A stretch of DNA of 64,000 nucleotides from an uncultured Solirubrobacteraceae bacterium (GTDB taxonomy: Bacteria > Actinomycetota > Thermoleophilia > Solirubrobacterales > Solirubrobacteraceae). Below the pieces are notes generated by a model. It did no database searches. It had not been told where the DNA came from and saw only the letters and a program-made list of their open reading frames with translations. Of this stretch, positions 33,971 to 46,801 are shown piece after piece. The stretch is taken from the NCBI GenBank assembly GCA_963771255.1, contig CAVYSO010000002.1, forward strand, positions 908,823-972,822. Direction: 5' to 3'. The position numbers and the translations under genes are program-made. The first letter of the stretch is position 1. Each line of letters starts with the position of its first letter.

Positions 33971-34753
33971 ATGGCAAGCCTCAGCGCCAGAGCCCTCGCG
34001 GGCCTGCCCGAGCTGCGCGCCGGTGACGACCTAGCGGCGCTGATCGTCGAGTCCGCGGCCACCGATAGCGAGGGGCTGCGCGACGGACAGCTCGTGCTGA
34101 TCGCGCACAAGGTCGTCTCCAAGGCCGAGGGCGCCGTCGTCTCACTCGGCGATGTGCAACCCGGCGTGCGGGCGCTCGAACTGGCCGAGCGGCTCACGGC
34201 CCAGGGCACCGGCGAGGTGCGCGACCCGCGCGTGGTGCAGGTCGTGCTCGACCAGTCGGCCGAGATCGTGCGCGCCGAGCGCGGCGTGCTGATCTGCCGC
34301 ACCCATCACGGCTTCCTCTGCGCCAACGCCGGCGTTGACGCTTCCAATGCGGCCGAGGAGGAGACGCTGATCGTGCTGCCGCGCGACCCCGACGGATCGG
34401 CGCAACGGCTGCGCGCGCGACTGCGCGAGCTGAGCGGCGCGCGCCCCGGCGTGCTGATCAGCGACAGCTTCGGGCGCGCCTGGCGCCACGGACAGCTCGA
34501 CGTCGCGATCGGGCTCGCTGGGATGCAGCCACTCGAGGACTGGCGCGGTCGCAGCGACGCGCGCGGGATGGAGCTGCGCGCGACCTGGCTCGCCGTCGCC
34601 GACGCCGCCGCCGCGCTCGGCGAGCTCGTGCGCGCGAAGGACTCGCGCGAGCCCGTCGTCGTGGTCGACGGACTGCAGCGCTTCCTCACCGAGGAGGACG
34701 GTCCCGGCGCAGCGGCGCTGCTGCGCCCGCTGCACGAGGACATGTTCCGCTGA
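33971..34753 (+). CDS. cofE: Coenzyme F420-0:L-glutamate ligase
   Basis: GDDL, HKVVSKAEG, CANAGVD.SN and DSFGRAWR.G motifs. Confidence 0.93.
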   Translation: MASLSARALAGLPELRAGDDLAALIVESAATDSEGLRDGQLVLIAHKVVSKAEGAVVSLGDVQPGVRALELAERLTAQGTGEVRDPRVVQVVLDQSAEIVRAERGVLICRTHHGFLCANAGVDASNAAEEETLIVLPRDPDGSAQRLRARLRELSGARPGVLISDSFGRAWRHGQLDVAIGLAGMQPLEDWRGRSDARGMELRATWLAVADAAAALGELVRAKDSREPVVVVDGLQRFLTEEDGPGAAALLRPLHEDMFR

Positions 34754-34756
34754 GGC

Positions 34757-35302
34757 TCAGCCCTCGCCTGCGGCCAGGCGCGACCAGAAGCGGATGAACT
34801 CCCGCTCGTGACCGATGCCGCACTCCAGCGCGAGTCGCTGCCCTTCGGGCAGGGCGTCGGCACCCCGGTAGATCTGCTCGTACTCCTTCAGCCGGCCCTT
34901 GTGGGCCTCGAGCTGGGCCGCCGCGAGCGTCGCCGGCTCGCCACCGAAGAACAGCTTCAGCGTGGCCGCGTCGCGCAGTTCGTAAAGATCGGTCGCCGGC
35001 TCATTGCGCCATGCTTCCAACGCCCGGCGTCCGCCGGCGGTCAGCCGGTAGACGCGCCTGCGCCGCCCCGTCTGCTCTTGGCGCTCGTCGAGCAGCCCCT
35101 CAGCGGCTAGGCGCGCACACTCGGTGTACAGCTGCGTGTGCGGCACCGACCAGAAGTTGTTCGTGCTCAGTTGCGCGATCTGCTTGAGGTCGTACGGCGT
35201 CGCCGGTTCGCCCTGCTCGAGCAGCCCGAGCACTATGTACGACGTCTCCGTGAGACGCGGCTGCTGCTCGGGGAGGCGCGGCTTAGGTTCGGGACTTGAC
35301 AC
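34757..35302 (-). CDS. PadR family transcriptional regulator
   Basis: ATPYDL, W..PH.QLY.E..RL and RR.YRLT..GR motifs; C-terminal LKLFF. Confidence 0.9.
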   Translation of the reverse strand: MSSPEPKPRLPEQQPRLTETSYIVLGLLEQGEPATPYDLKQIAQLSTNNFWSVPHTQLYTECARLAAEGLLDERQEQTGRRRRVYRLTAGGRRALEAWRNEPATDLYELRDAATLKLFFGGEPATLAAAQLEAHKGRLKEYEQIYRGADALPEGQRLALECGIGHEREFIRFWSRLAAGEG

Positions 35303-35326
35303 GGCTCGCAGACTAGCGTACGGTGC

Positions 35327-35349
35327 GAATGGTCCGAGTCGAACCATTC
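35327..35349. promoter_or_regulatory. Inverted repeat, candidate PadR operator
   Basis: GAATGGTCCGA-G-TCGAACCATTC (10 of 11 paired) between divergent padR and oxygenase genes. Confidence 0.6.
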
Positions 35350-35362
35350 AGGAGGCATTATC

Positions 35363-36835
35363 ATGGCCAGCCCCGCCGCCACGTCCGCACACGCTCCGGT
35401 CCAGACGCCGGCTCCGAGCGTCCCTTCAAGCTCGGCCGGCGGCTCCCCGCAGCTCGGCTTCACGACGCTCGAGCAGGAGACCGTGATCGACGAGCTCGCG
35501 CTGAGCGGTGAACTTCCGGCGTGGCTTGGCGGCTCGCTGCTGCGCACCGGACCGGCCAAGTTCGAGGTCGGGGAGCAGCAGATGAGCCACTGGTTCGACG
35601 GCCTCGCAATGCTGCACCGCTTCACGATCGACGCCGGCAAGGTCTCTTACGGCAATCGCTTCCTGCAGAGTCGCTCCTACCGCGCCGCGAAGGCGCAGGG
35701 CCGGATGGTCTACGGCGAGTTCGCCACCGACCCGTGCCGCTCGCTGTTCAAGCGCGTGCAGACGCTGTTCGCCCCCGGCAAGACGCTGCCCGACAACGCC
35801 AACATCAACGTCACGCGCCTCGGCGAACGCTTCATCTCGATGACCGAGACGCCGATGCCCGTGCAGTTCGACCCGCAGACGCTCGAGACGGCCGGCGTGC
35901 AGCCATACGAGGTCCCCGGACAGCTGACGACCGCCCACCCGCACATGGACCGCGCCAGCCGCGGCATGCTCAATTACGCCGCCAAGCTCGGCCGCGTCAG
36001 CAAGTACCGCTTCTTCGCGGTCAACCCCGACGCGAGCAAGCCCCGCGCGATCGGCTCATTGCCTGTCAAGGAGCCGGCCTACATGCACTCCTTCGGCCTG
36101 ACCGAGCGCTGGCTCGTGCTCGCTGAGTTCCCGCTCGTCGTCAACCCGCTCGCGCTCGCCCTGTCCGGGCGCCCGTACATCGAGAACTACAAGTGGAAGC
36201 CCGAGCTCGGCACGCGCTTCACGCTCGTCGATCGCGCCACCGGTGAGGCCACCGGCGGCTTTCAAACGGACGCCTGCTTCGCCTTCCACCACGTCAACGC
36301 CTATGAGGACGACGGTGAGGTGGTCGTCGACCTGTGCGCCTTCGCCGATGCCGGCGTGATCGAGGACCTTTATCTCGACCGCCTGCGCCAGGGCAAGCCG
36401 GTCGCCGCGCCCGAGCTGACCCGCTTCCGCCTGCGGCTCGCTGACCGTTCGGTGCAGCGCGAACGGCTCTCCGATGAGGAGATCGAGCTGCCGCGGATCA
36501 ACTACGGCCGCTGCAACGAGCGCTCCTACCGCTACGTCTGGGGCAATGGCAATGGCCCCAGCGGCTGGCTCGAGCGGATCGTCAAGATCGACACGCACGA
36601 CGGCGCTGCCCTGTCGTGGGCCGAGCGCGGCTGCTACCCCGGCGAGCCCGTGTTCGTCGCGCGGCCAGATGCGCAGGGCGAGGACGACGGCGTGCTGCTG
36701 TCGGTCGTGCTCGACGCCGGCGCCGAGAGCTCGTTCCTGCTCGTGCTCGACGCGGCTAACCTGCACGAGCTCGCACGGGCACGCGTGCCGCACCACATCC
36801 CGTTTGGCTTTCACGGGCAGTTCGCACGCGCTTAG
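35363..36835 (+). CDS. Carotenoid cleavage oxygenase (RPE65 family)
   Basis: HWFDG.AMLH, TAHPH, YMHSF, FHHVNA, ELPRIN, GEPVFV..P...EDDG and PFGFHG motifs. Confidence 0.93.
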   Translation: MASPAATSAHAPVQTPAPSVPSSSAGGSPQLGFTTLEQETVIDELALSGELPAWLGGSLLRTGPAKFEVGEQQMSHWFDGLAMLHRFTIDAGKVSYGNRFLQSRSYRAAKAQGRMVYGEFATDPCRSLFKRVQTLFAPGKTLPDNANINVTRLGERFISMTETPMPVQFDPQTLETAGVQPYEVPGQLTTAHPHMDRASRGMLNYAAKLGRVSKYRFFAVNPDASKPRAIGSLPVKEPAYMHSFGLTERWLVLAEFPLVVNPLALALSGRPYIENYKWKPELGTRFTLVDRATGEATGGFQTDACFAFHHVNAYEDDGEVVVDLCAFADAGVIEDLYLDRLRQGKPVAAPELTRFRLRLADRSVQRERLSDEEIELPRINYGRCNERSYRYVWGNGNGPSGWLERIVKIDTHDGAALSWAERGCYPGEPVFVARPDAQGEDDGVLLSVVLDAGAESSFLLVLDAANLHELARARVPHHIPFGFHGQFARA

Positions 36836-36935
36836 CCGGCGTCAGAACGCGGGGCGACGGCGCGAGTGAGGAACGCCACGATCCTCGCCGCTCGGCCTGC
36901 CGTTAGGCTGCGCGTCGATGCGGGGGCGCGTGTAG

Positions 36936-37904
36936 ATGCGCAGGATCGGGCGGATCGCGCTGCTCGTGCTGGGCGCGCTGGCACTGATCGTCGTCGTCCT
37001 CAACTGGACCTACGGGCGCCTGCCCTCCGAGCCCAAGCCGAGCGGCTCGTTCATCCGCGTCGGCTCGCTGCGCATCCACTACCTCGAACGCCCCGGCAGC
37101 GGCACGCCGGTCGTACTCATACACGGCCTGCCCGGAACAGCCGAAGACTTCAACAGGGTCACGCCGCTGCTGAGCGGCCACCGCACGATCGCCTTCGACC
37201 GGCCCGGCTTCGGCTACTCCGGTGATGGCTATCTGAAGTTCGACCGCCAGATCGCGACGCTCGACTCGCTGCTTCGCGCGCTGCACGTAAGCCGGCCGAT
37301 TCTCGTCGGGCACTCCTACGGCGGGACGCTCGCGCTCGCCTTCGCCGAGCGCCATCCCGAAGAGGTCGGCGGCTTGGTGCTGGTCGACGCGGCGGCCGCC
37401 GGGCAGCACCTGGGCAGCTACGACAAGCTGCAGGCGCACCTCGTGAAAGTGCTGCAACTGCCAGTGATCCATCAGATCGCCAACGCCACGTTCGCACAGC
37501 TACTGACGACGGCCTCTGTCAAGCAGGGCGACGACCAGGCCTTTCACCCGCACACCGTGGACCCGGCGCACGAACGTCGCCTGCTGGAGATCAACTCGAC
37601 GCGCGGCAACCTCGAAGCGTTTGCGGGTGAGCAGCTCGCGGCCAACGGCGTGATCGACGGCGTCGATAAGCGCCTCGCCACGATCGACGTGCCGGCAGTG
37701 GTTATCCAGGGCGCAGACGACCAGCTCGTCAAGCCCGTTCATGGCCGCCGGCTGGCGGCGACCTTGCCCGATGCCCGCCTGGAGATCGTCTCGGGCGGGC
37801 ACATGGCGCCGTACACGCACCCGGCGGCCGTCGCCGGCGCTGCGCTGAAACTAGCGCAGGGGGCAGCCGTCAGGCAGCGACAGCCTGCTCGTAGCGGCGT
37901 CTGA
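36936..37904 (+). CDS. Membrane-anchored alpha/beta hydrolase
   Basis: N-terminal TM helix, LIHG, DRPGFG, GHSYGG and GHM motifs. Confidence 0.9.
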   Translation: MRRIGRIALLVLGALALIVVVLNWTYGRLPSEPKPSGSFIRVGSLRIHYLERPGSGTPVVLIHGLPGTAEDFNRVTPLLSGHRTIAFDRPGFGYSGDGYLKFDRQIATLDSLLRALHVSRPILVGHSYGGTLALAFAERHPEEVGGLVLVDAAAAGQHLGSYDKLQAHLVKVLQLPVIHQIANATFAQLLTTASVKQGDDQAFHPHTVDPAHERRLLEINSTRGNLEAFAGEQLAANGVIDGVDKRLATIDVPAVVIQGADDQLVKPVHGRRLAATLPDARLEIVSGGHMAPYTHPAAVAGAALKLAQGAAVRQRQPARSGV

Positions 37905-40089
37905 TCTCGTACAGCGTCGTGCGCTCAGCGGCGGGGCGCCCGGCGCGGTGCGCCGCAGCGACGAGCTCCTCTGGATCGAGCTTGGTCCCGTGATAGCTGC
38001 CGGCGAGCCGGCTGATCGACTCCTCCATCAGCGTGCCGCCGAGGTCGTTGACGCCCCAGCGCAGCGCCTCGGTGGCGGCGTCGAGCCCCATCTTCACCCA
38101 CGAGGCCTGAACGCTTGGAATCGTGCGTCCGAGCGCGAGACGGAAGACGGCCGTGTGCTTGAGGTTCTCCTCACGCGAGATCTCCTCGACGCCGTGGGTA
38201 CGGCCGAGCAGCGTCTGGAAGGGGATGAACGAGAGCGGCACGAACTCGGTGATGCCGCCCGTACGCTCCTGCAGCTTGCGCACTACGCGCATGTGCTCGG
38301 CCAGCTCCCATGGCTCCTCGATGTGGCCGAACATGACGGTCGAGGTGGAGCGCAGCCCGGCGCGGTGCGAGGCCTCGATGATCTCCACCCAGCGCGCCAC
38401 GGGCAGCTTGTTCGGCGAGATCCGCTCGCGCACCCCGTCGTGCAGCACCTCGGCCGCCGTGCCCGGCGTCGAGCCGAGCCCCGCGTCGCGCAGCTGCGCG
38501 AACACCTCGCTCGGCGGCAAGCCGGAGATGTCGCACATGTGCGCGATCTCCATCGGGCTGTACGCGTGCAGGTGCAGCTGCGGCGCGAGCTGCTTGGCGA
38601 AGCGCAGCCAGCCGAGGTAGTCCTCGAACGTCCAGTCCGGGTGGATACCGGACTGGATGCACAGCTCGCTGGCGCCGTAGTCGACGGCTTCGTGCACGCG
38701 GCGGGCGAACTCGTCGCGATCGTGCTCGTAGGCGTCGGGCGAGCGCTTGCCCTGGCCGAAGCCGCAGAAGGCGCAGCCGACGGTGCAGACGTTCGAGACG
38801 TTGATGTTGCGGTTGACGACGAACGTGACCGTCTCCCCCGCGAGCTCCGCACGCAGCTCATCTGCCGCCTGGCGCATGTCCTCGATCGCCTCCGGGCGCG
38901 TCTCGGCGAACAGCGCCGTCAGCTCGGCCGGACTGAGCCGCTCGCCGGCACGGCCGCGTTCGATCGCGCGCGGCACGAGGTCGAGGCGGATCGGCGCCGG
39001 CGGCTCCGTACGTCCCGAGCCACGGCGCGGGATGAAGCTCCAGTACTTGACCTTGATCGTGTCGAGCACGCCCGGCGCAACCCATTCTTGGTCGATGTAC
39101 TTCGGGTACACGCACAGGCGCTCGGTCAGCGCATAGCCCTCGGCCTGCAGCTCCTTGCGCACTTGATGCGGAGAGGGAAACGGGTGCTCCGGAGAGATGT
39201 GGTCGCCGTTGGCGCTGAGGCCGCCGAGGTCGCTCGCGCCGGCGGCGATGAGCTCACCCCACCAGTCGGCCAGGTTCGGTGGGATCTGGATGCCCACGTC
39301 CGGCATCAGGCGCTTGGCCTCGGCGATCAGCCGCTTCATGTCCTCGATCGACACCGGACACGCCCACTCGGGCAGCGGCAGACTCGGGCGCCCCTCGCCG
39401 ACGCCAGTGCGCCAGTAGTCGCGCGCCGCCGCGTCGGCGATCTCGGCCGGCTCCTGCCCGTAGTAGCGCTGGTGCGGGACGAAGTTCTGCAGGATCACCT
39501 CCTGCAGGTGACCGTGCTCGGCGTGTAGCTCCGCCAGCGCTTGCAGCGATTCCACGCGCTCCTGCTCGGACTCGCCGATGCCGACGAGGATCCCGCTCGT
39601 GAACGGGATCTTCAGCTCGCCCGCCGCGCGGATCGTCTCCAGCCGCCGCTGCGGGTGCTTGGTCGGCGAGCCGGCGTGCACCGTCTGCATCAGCCGCTCG
39701 GAGATCGACTCGAGCATCAGCCCCTGCGAGGCGGTCACCTCGCGTAGCCGCGCGAGATCCTCGCGCGAGAGCACTCCGAGGTTCGTGTGCGGCAGCAGGC
39801 CACGCTCGAGTGCACGCTCGCATGCCCATACGACGTATGCCGTGAAGTCCTCGTGGCCGTACTCGGCCAAGCGCTCGCGCACCTGCGAGTTGACCTCCGG
39901 CTTCTCGCCGGTCAGCACGAGCAGCTCCTTGACCTGCCTGCGCGTCGCCCCGTCGAGGATCTCGATCACCTCCTGAGGCGAGTACAGGTGCGCCTGGTGC
40001 GTGGCGAACGCGCAGTACTTGCAGTAGCACTGGCACGTACGCGACAGCGACAGCGTCAGGTTGCGCGAGAAGGTGACTCGGCGACGCAT
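37870..40089 (-). CDS. fbiC: Bifunctional FO synthase (CofG-CofH fusion, FbiC-type)
   Basis: Two radical SAM motifs, CQCYCKYC and CTVGCAFC; PGTAAE and NDLGGTLMEESIS. Confidence 0.93.
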   Translation of the reverse strand: MRRRVTFSRNLTLSLSRTCQCYCKYCAFATHQAHLYSPQEVIEILDGATRRQVKELLVLTGEKPEVNSQVRERLAEYGHEDFTAYVVWACERALERGLLPHTNLGVLSREDLARLREVTASQGLMLESISERLMQTVHAGSPTKHPQRRLETIRAAGELKIPFTSGILVGIGESEQERVESLQALAELHAEHGHLQEVILQNFVPHQRYYGQEPAEIADAAARDYWRTGVGEGRPSLPLPEWACPVSIEDMKRLIAEAKRLMPDVGIQIPPNLADWWGELIAAGASDLGGLSANGDHISPEHPFPSPHQVRKELQAEGYALTERLCVYPKYIDQEWVAPGVLDTIKVKYWSFIPRRGSGRTEPPAPIRLDLVPRAIERGRAGERLSPAELTALFAETRPEAIEDMRQAADELRAELAGETVTFVVNRNINVSNVCTVGCAFCGFGQGKRSPDAYEHDRDEFARRVHEAVDYGASELCIQSGIHPDWTFEDYLGWLRFAKQLAPQLHLHAYSPMEIAHMCDISGLPPSEVFAQLRDAGLGSTPGTAAEVLHDGVRERISPNKLPVARWVEIIEASHRAGLRSTSTVMFGHIEEPWELAEHMRVVRKLQERTGGITEFVPLSFIPFQTLLGRTHGVEEISREENLKHTAVFRLALGRTIPSVQASWVKMGLDAATEALRWGVNDLGGTLMEESISRLAGSYHGTKLDPEELVAAAHRAGRPAAERTTLYEIRRRYEQAVAA

Positions 40090-40169
40090 GGGTGGAGTCT
40101 ATGACGGCTCGGCCCGCTCGCCGGAAGGCTCGAAGTGCAGACTCGCGTGCGATCGGGTATCACCCCGCC

Positions 40170-40556
40170 ATGCCCACCCGCCGCGTCATGCTCGACCACA
40201 TCACGATCGGCGTCAGCGATCTGCAGCGCAGCCGCGACTTCTACCTGCAGGCGCTCGCGCCGCTCGGCTTCGGCGAAACGAACACGAGCGAGATCCTGCC
40301 GAGCGAGATCGAGTTCGGCAGCGCCGAGAAGATGGACTTCGCGATCTCGACCGACTACGGCGTCGGCGCTCCGGTCCACGTGGCCTTCGCGGCCGACTCG
40401 ATCGAGCAGGTGCACGCCTTCCACGCCGCCGCGCTCGCTGCCGGCGGGCGCGAACACGGGTCGCCGGGGCCGCGTCCGCACTACGGCGAGGGCTATTACG
40501 GCGCCTTCGTGCTCGACCCTGACGGGCACAACGTCGAGGCCGTCTTTCACGCATGA
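40170..40556 (+). CDS. VOC/glyoxalase family protein
   Basis: LDHI.IGVSDL, HVAF.A and YYGAFVLDPDGHNVEAV motifs. Confidence 0.92.
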   Translation: MPTRRVMLDHITIGVSDLQRSRDFYLQALAPLGFGETNTSEILPSEIEFGSAEKMDFAISTDYGVGAPVHVAFAADSIEQVHAFHAAALAAGGREHGSPGPRPHYGEGYYGAFVLDPDGHNVEAVFHA

Positions 40557-40629
40557 GGGCGCGGGGCGTCCCGTCTGCCCCGCTCCGGTCGGACAAAGGA
40601 AGGTGAGCAAGACAGACACATGTCTTCAA

Positions 40630-40644
40630 CATGCGAATCGCATG
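40630..40644. promoter_or_regulatory. Palindrome, candidate toxin-antitoxin autorepression operator
   Basis: CATGCGA-A-TCGCATG directly upstream of the antitoxin. Confidence 0.55.
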
Positions 40645-40658
40645 CTACGCTCGGGAAC

Positions 40659-40892
40659 GTGGCCATGATCCAGATTCGCAACGTCCCCGATGACCTCCAC
40701 AGGGAACTGAAGGTGCGCGCGGCGGAGAATGGGAAGACCCTCTCGGACTACCTGCTCGGGGAGCTGCGGGTGCTCGCGACCAGACCTACGATGCAGGAAT
40801 GGCTGGACGCCAGCGAAACGTGGGAGCCGGTCGAGGTCGATGAAACGCCGGCCGAGGCGATCGCCGCAGAGCGAGCGCGCAAACCGATTTGA
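40659..40892 (+). CDS. vapB: FitA-like ribbon-helix-helix antitoxin
   Basis: IQIRNVPDDLHRELKVRAA..G.TLSDY; 4-nt overlap with the PIN gene. Confidence 0.85.
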   Translation: MAMIQIRNVPDDLHRELKVRAAENGKTLSDYLLGELRVLATRPTMQEWLDASETWEPVEVDETPAEAIAAERARKPI

Positions 40893-41278
40893 TCGTCGCC
40901 GACTCCAGCGCGTTCGTCGAGCTACTGCTCGCACGGCCCCACACGGCGGCTATCCGTACCGCCCTCCGCAGCCATAGCGAGGTCCACGTTCCCTCGCACT
41001 TCCATGTCGAGGTGCTCTCTGCCCTGCGCCGCTACTCGCTCCAGGGAAGGCTTGGCGACCGGAGGACGGCCAGCGCACTGACGGGGCTGGCCAGGTTCCG
41101 GGCGTTGACGTACCCGATGCGGGAGCTGCTCAAGCCAACATGGGAGCTTCGCTTCAACCTCACGACCTACGACGCCGCCTACCTTGCGCTCGCTCAGCGC
41201 CTCGACGTAGGCCTGATCACCCTCGATGGCGCCCTCGCCGAGGCCGCGGCCGACGATGGGCGACTCGTCGCCGTGTAG
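40889..41278 (+). CDS. vapC: PIN-domain VapC toxin
   Basis: IVADSSA, EV.SALR, NLT.YDAAYLALA and LITLD motifs. Confidence 0.9.
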   Translation: MIVADSSAFVELLLARPHTAAIRTALRSHSEVHVPSHFHVEVLSALRRYSLQGRLGDRRTASALTGLARFRALTYPMRELLKPTWELRFNLTTYDAAYLALAQRLDVGLITLDGALAEAAADDGRLVAV

Positions 41279-41333
41279 ACAGGAACCTCTCGCACTTCAG
41301 GAACCCCTCGCACTCGGCGGCTCGATCGCGTGA

Positions 41334-44195
<2,862 letters not shown>

Positions 44196-44204
44196 GCGCT
44201 CCGC

Positions 44205-44717
44205 TCAGCGCAGGATCGCGCAGCCGGTGCTGCCGTGGGCGATCAGCGTCTCGTCGTCTTGCGTGAACACCCGCCCCTCGGCCGTCGCCGTGCGCCTTCC
44301 GGCGTGCACGACGCGCCCCTCGGCGAGCACGCGCCCGGTGGCGCCGCCCATCGCGCGGATGTAGCGGAGCTGCACGTCGGTCGTCGTGTAGCCGACGCCG
44401 GCGGACAGCGTCGTGTGCACGGCGCAGCCCATGCACGAGTCGAGGATCGTCGCGGCGATGCCGCCATGGACCATGCCGATCGGGTTGTACATCCACTCGG
44501 CCGGTGTGAGCGCGAACACGGCACGCCCCTGCTCGGCTTCGACGATCTCCATCTCCAGCAGCCTGGCGATCGGCGGCGGCGGGAGCTCGCCGGTCTGGAT
44601 CGCGCGGATGTAGTCGATCCCGGCGAGCTTCATGCCCTCGGCAGCGGTTGCCGCCGGGTCACGCCAGCTGAACGTGCGCGTGCGTGTCGCCGCGGTGAAC
44701 TGCGGTTGCGTGCTCAT
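44205..44717 (-). CDS. PaaI family thioesterase
   Basis: YNPIGMVHGG..ATILDS.MGCA motif. Confidence 0.9.
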   Translation of the reverse strand: MSTQPQFTAATRTRTFSWRDPAATAAEGMKLAGIDYIRAIQTGELPPPPIARLLEMEIVEAEQGRAVFALTPAEWMYNPIGMVHGGIAATILDSCMGCAVHTTLSAGVGYTTTDVQLRYIRAMGGATGRVLAEGRVVHAGRRTATAEGRVFTQDDETLIAHGSTGCAILR

Positions 44718-46156
44718 GCTGCCTCCTCTGCGATCAGTGGCTCGGCGATCAACGGATCGGCGATCGGCTCTGAGATCACCGGCCGCGCCGGGCCGTCCGC
44801 ACCCGCCGCATTTAGCGCGGGCGGCCCGATCGCGGCCAGTGCGAGGCCGGCGGCCAGGCCGCCGACGACGGTTATCAGCCATGCAGTGTGGAAATCCGAT
44901 GCGCTCGTGGCGCTCGTGCCGAGCACGGCGACGAGCACGGCGACGCCAAGCGCCACGCCGATCTGGCGGCCCATCGTCAGCACGGCCGCGCCCGTGGCGA
45001 AACGCTCGGGTGCAAGCGAGGAGGCGCCGGCGCCGGTCAGCGTCGGGATCATCAGACCGACGCCGGCGCCGGTCAGGATCGAACCGGGCAGGTACTCAGA
45101 CCAGAACGCCGGCGTGTCGCCGGTGCGCGCGATGAACCAGATCGAGCCGCTCGCGAAGATCAGCGCGCCGGCGACCCCGGGCACGCGGTAGCCGAGGCGG
45201 GCGCCCAGGCGGGCGGAGGGAATGCTGAAGGCGGTCGCCATCGCGGGGCCCGGGAACAGCATCAGCCCGGCCGTGAGCACGCTCTCGTGCCACACGCCCG
45301 TGAGGAACAGCACGCCCGAGAGCAGCATCGCGCCAAAGCCGGCGAAGAACAGGAGCGAGGCGCCGACGGCCAGGCCGAAGCTGCGCACGCGCAGCATCGC
45401 CGGCTCGACGATCGGCGCTGCGTGGCGCTTGGAGCGCTGCCAGATCAGCGGCAGGAGCAGCGCCGCAACGGCCAGCGGCGCAATCACCTTGACCGAGCCC
45501 CAGCCCCATTCCTGACCCTTGACGATCGCCACGACGAGCGCGCCTGTCGCGAGGATCAGCCCAGCGGCGCCGAGCAGGTCGGGGCGCAGCGCGCTGCGCT
45601 CACGTCGCTCGGCGAGCAGGCGCAGGCCGAAGCCGAGTCCGAGCAGCCCGACGGGGACGTTCACAAGGAACACCCAGCGCCAGTCGGCCTGTACGAGCAG
45701 GCCGCCGAGCGGCGGTCCGGAGGCAGCGGCGATACCGCCTGTCGCCGCCCACACGCCGATCGCAACATGGCGCTCGTGCGGGCCGAACTCGGGCAGCATC
45801 AGCCCGAGCGAGGTCGGCAGCATCAGCGCACCACCGACTGCCTGCACGATGCGCGCGCCGATCAGGAAGCCGACCGAGGGGGCCAGCGCGCAGGCGGCGC
45901 TCGAGGCGACGAAGATCGCCAGACCCAGCAGGAAGGCGCGCTTTCGCCCAAACGCGTCCGCCCAGCGCCCGGCGGGGACAAGCAACGCGGCGAACACGAT
46001 CGCGTAGCCCGAGAGGATCCACGACAGCGAGTCGAGCGAGGCGCCGCCGAAGTGCTTGCCGATCGCCGGGAAGGCGATGTTGACGATGAACAGGTCGAGG
46101 CTCGACATGAACACGCCGACGCACACGATTAGGGAAACCGTCCACTTCCGTTGCAT
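44714..46156 (-). CDS. MFS transporter, DHA2-like
   Basis: LDLFIVNIAFP, GRWAD.FGRK and WRWVFLVNVP motifs. Confidence 0.92.
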   Translation of the reverse strand: MQRKWTVSLIVCVGVFMSSLDLFIVNIAFPAIGKHFGGASLDSLSWILSGYAIVFAALLVPAGRWADAFGRKRAFLLGLAIFVASSAACALAPSVGFLIGARIVQAVGGALMLPTSLGLMLPEFGPHERHVAIGVWAATGGIAAASGPPLGGLLVQADWRWVFLVNVPVGLLGLGFGLRLLAERRERSALRPDLLGAAGLILATGALVVAIVKGQEWGWGSVKVIAPLAVAALLLPLIWQRSKRHAAPIVEPAMLRVRSFGLAVGASLLFFAGFGAMLLSGVLFLTGVWHESVLTAGLMLFPGPAMATAFSIPSARLGARLGYRVPGVAGALIFASGSIWFIARTGDTPAFWSEYLPGSILTGAGVGLMIPTLTGAGASSLAPERFATGAAVLTMGRQIGVALGVAVLVAVLGTSATSASDFHTAWLITVVGGLAAGLALAAIGPPALNAAGADGPARPVISEPIADPLIAEPLIAEEAA

Positions 46157-46169
46157 GTGAAGCCCCTTC

Positions 46170-46216
46170 GGTTGCATGACGAAACGCACCCTAGCACAAG
46201 GGTTGCGTGATGCAAC
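46170..46216. promoter_or_regulatory. Two related palindromes, candidate HxlR operators
   Basis: GTTGCATGACGAAAC (46170) and GTTGCGTGATGCAAC (46202) between divergent MFS and regulator genes. Confidence 0.55.
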
Positions 46217-46241
46217 TCAAAGCCGCTATGCTATCGCTGGG

Positions 46242-46784
46242 ATGCTCGGCAACGACTACAAGAGCCAGACGTGCAGCATCGCCGGCGCGCTCGAGGTCGT
46301 CGGCGAGCGCTGGTCGCTATTGATCGTGCGCGACGTGTTCCTCGGACTGCGACGCTTCGACCAGATCCAGGCCAACCTGGGGATCGCGCGCAACGTCCTG
46401 CAGACGCGCCTGGAGCGTCTGATCGAGCAGGGCGTGCTCGAGCGCAGTCTCTACCAGGAGCGCCCGCCGCGCTACGAGTACAAGCTGACCGAGAAGGGCA
46501 TCGACCTGTGGCCGATCGTCGTCTCGCTAATGCAGTGGGGCGACCGCCACACGCCGCCCGCCGGCGGGCCGGCGGTCGTGCTCGAACACCGCGGCTGCGG
46601 CGGCGCCGTCGACGAGCACCGCGTCTGCGAGAAGTGCGGCAAGCCGCTGAGCGCGCGCGAATCGCGCGCTGTGCCGGGCCCGGGCGCCTCGCCCAAGCAC
46701 CCGCTGCTACTCAGGCGCGAGCGCGAGGCTGCCGAGCGGAGATCGGCGCCGGAGCGCGAGACTGCCGGCGCCACCGCCGCCTGA
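46242..46784 (+). CDS. HxlR family winged-helix regulator
   Basis: CSIAGALEVVGERWSLLIVRD and RYEY.LT.KG motifs; C-terminal H..C...C..C. Confidence 0.92.
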   Translation: MLGNDYKSQTCSIAGALEVVGERWSLLIVRDVFLGLRRFDQIQANLGIARNVLQTRLERLIEQGVLERSLYQERPPRYEYKLTEKGIDLWPIVVSLMQWGDRHTPPAGGPAVVLEHRGCGGAVDEHRVCEKCGKPLSARESRAVPGPGASPKHPLLLRREREAAERRSAPERETAGATAA

Positions 46785-46801
46785 CAGACCAAGCGCGAAG
46801 C

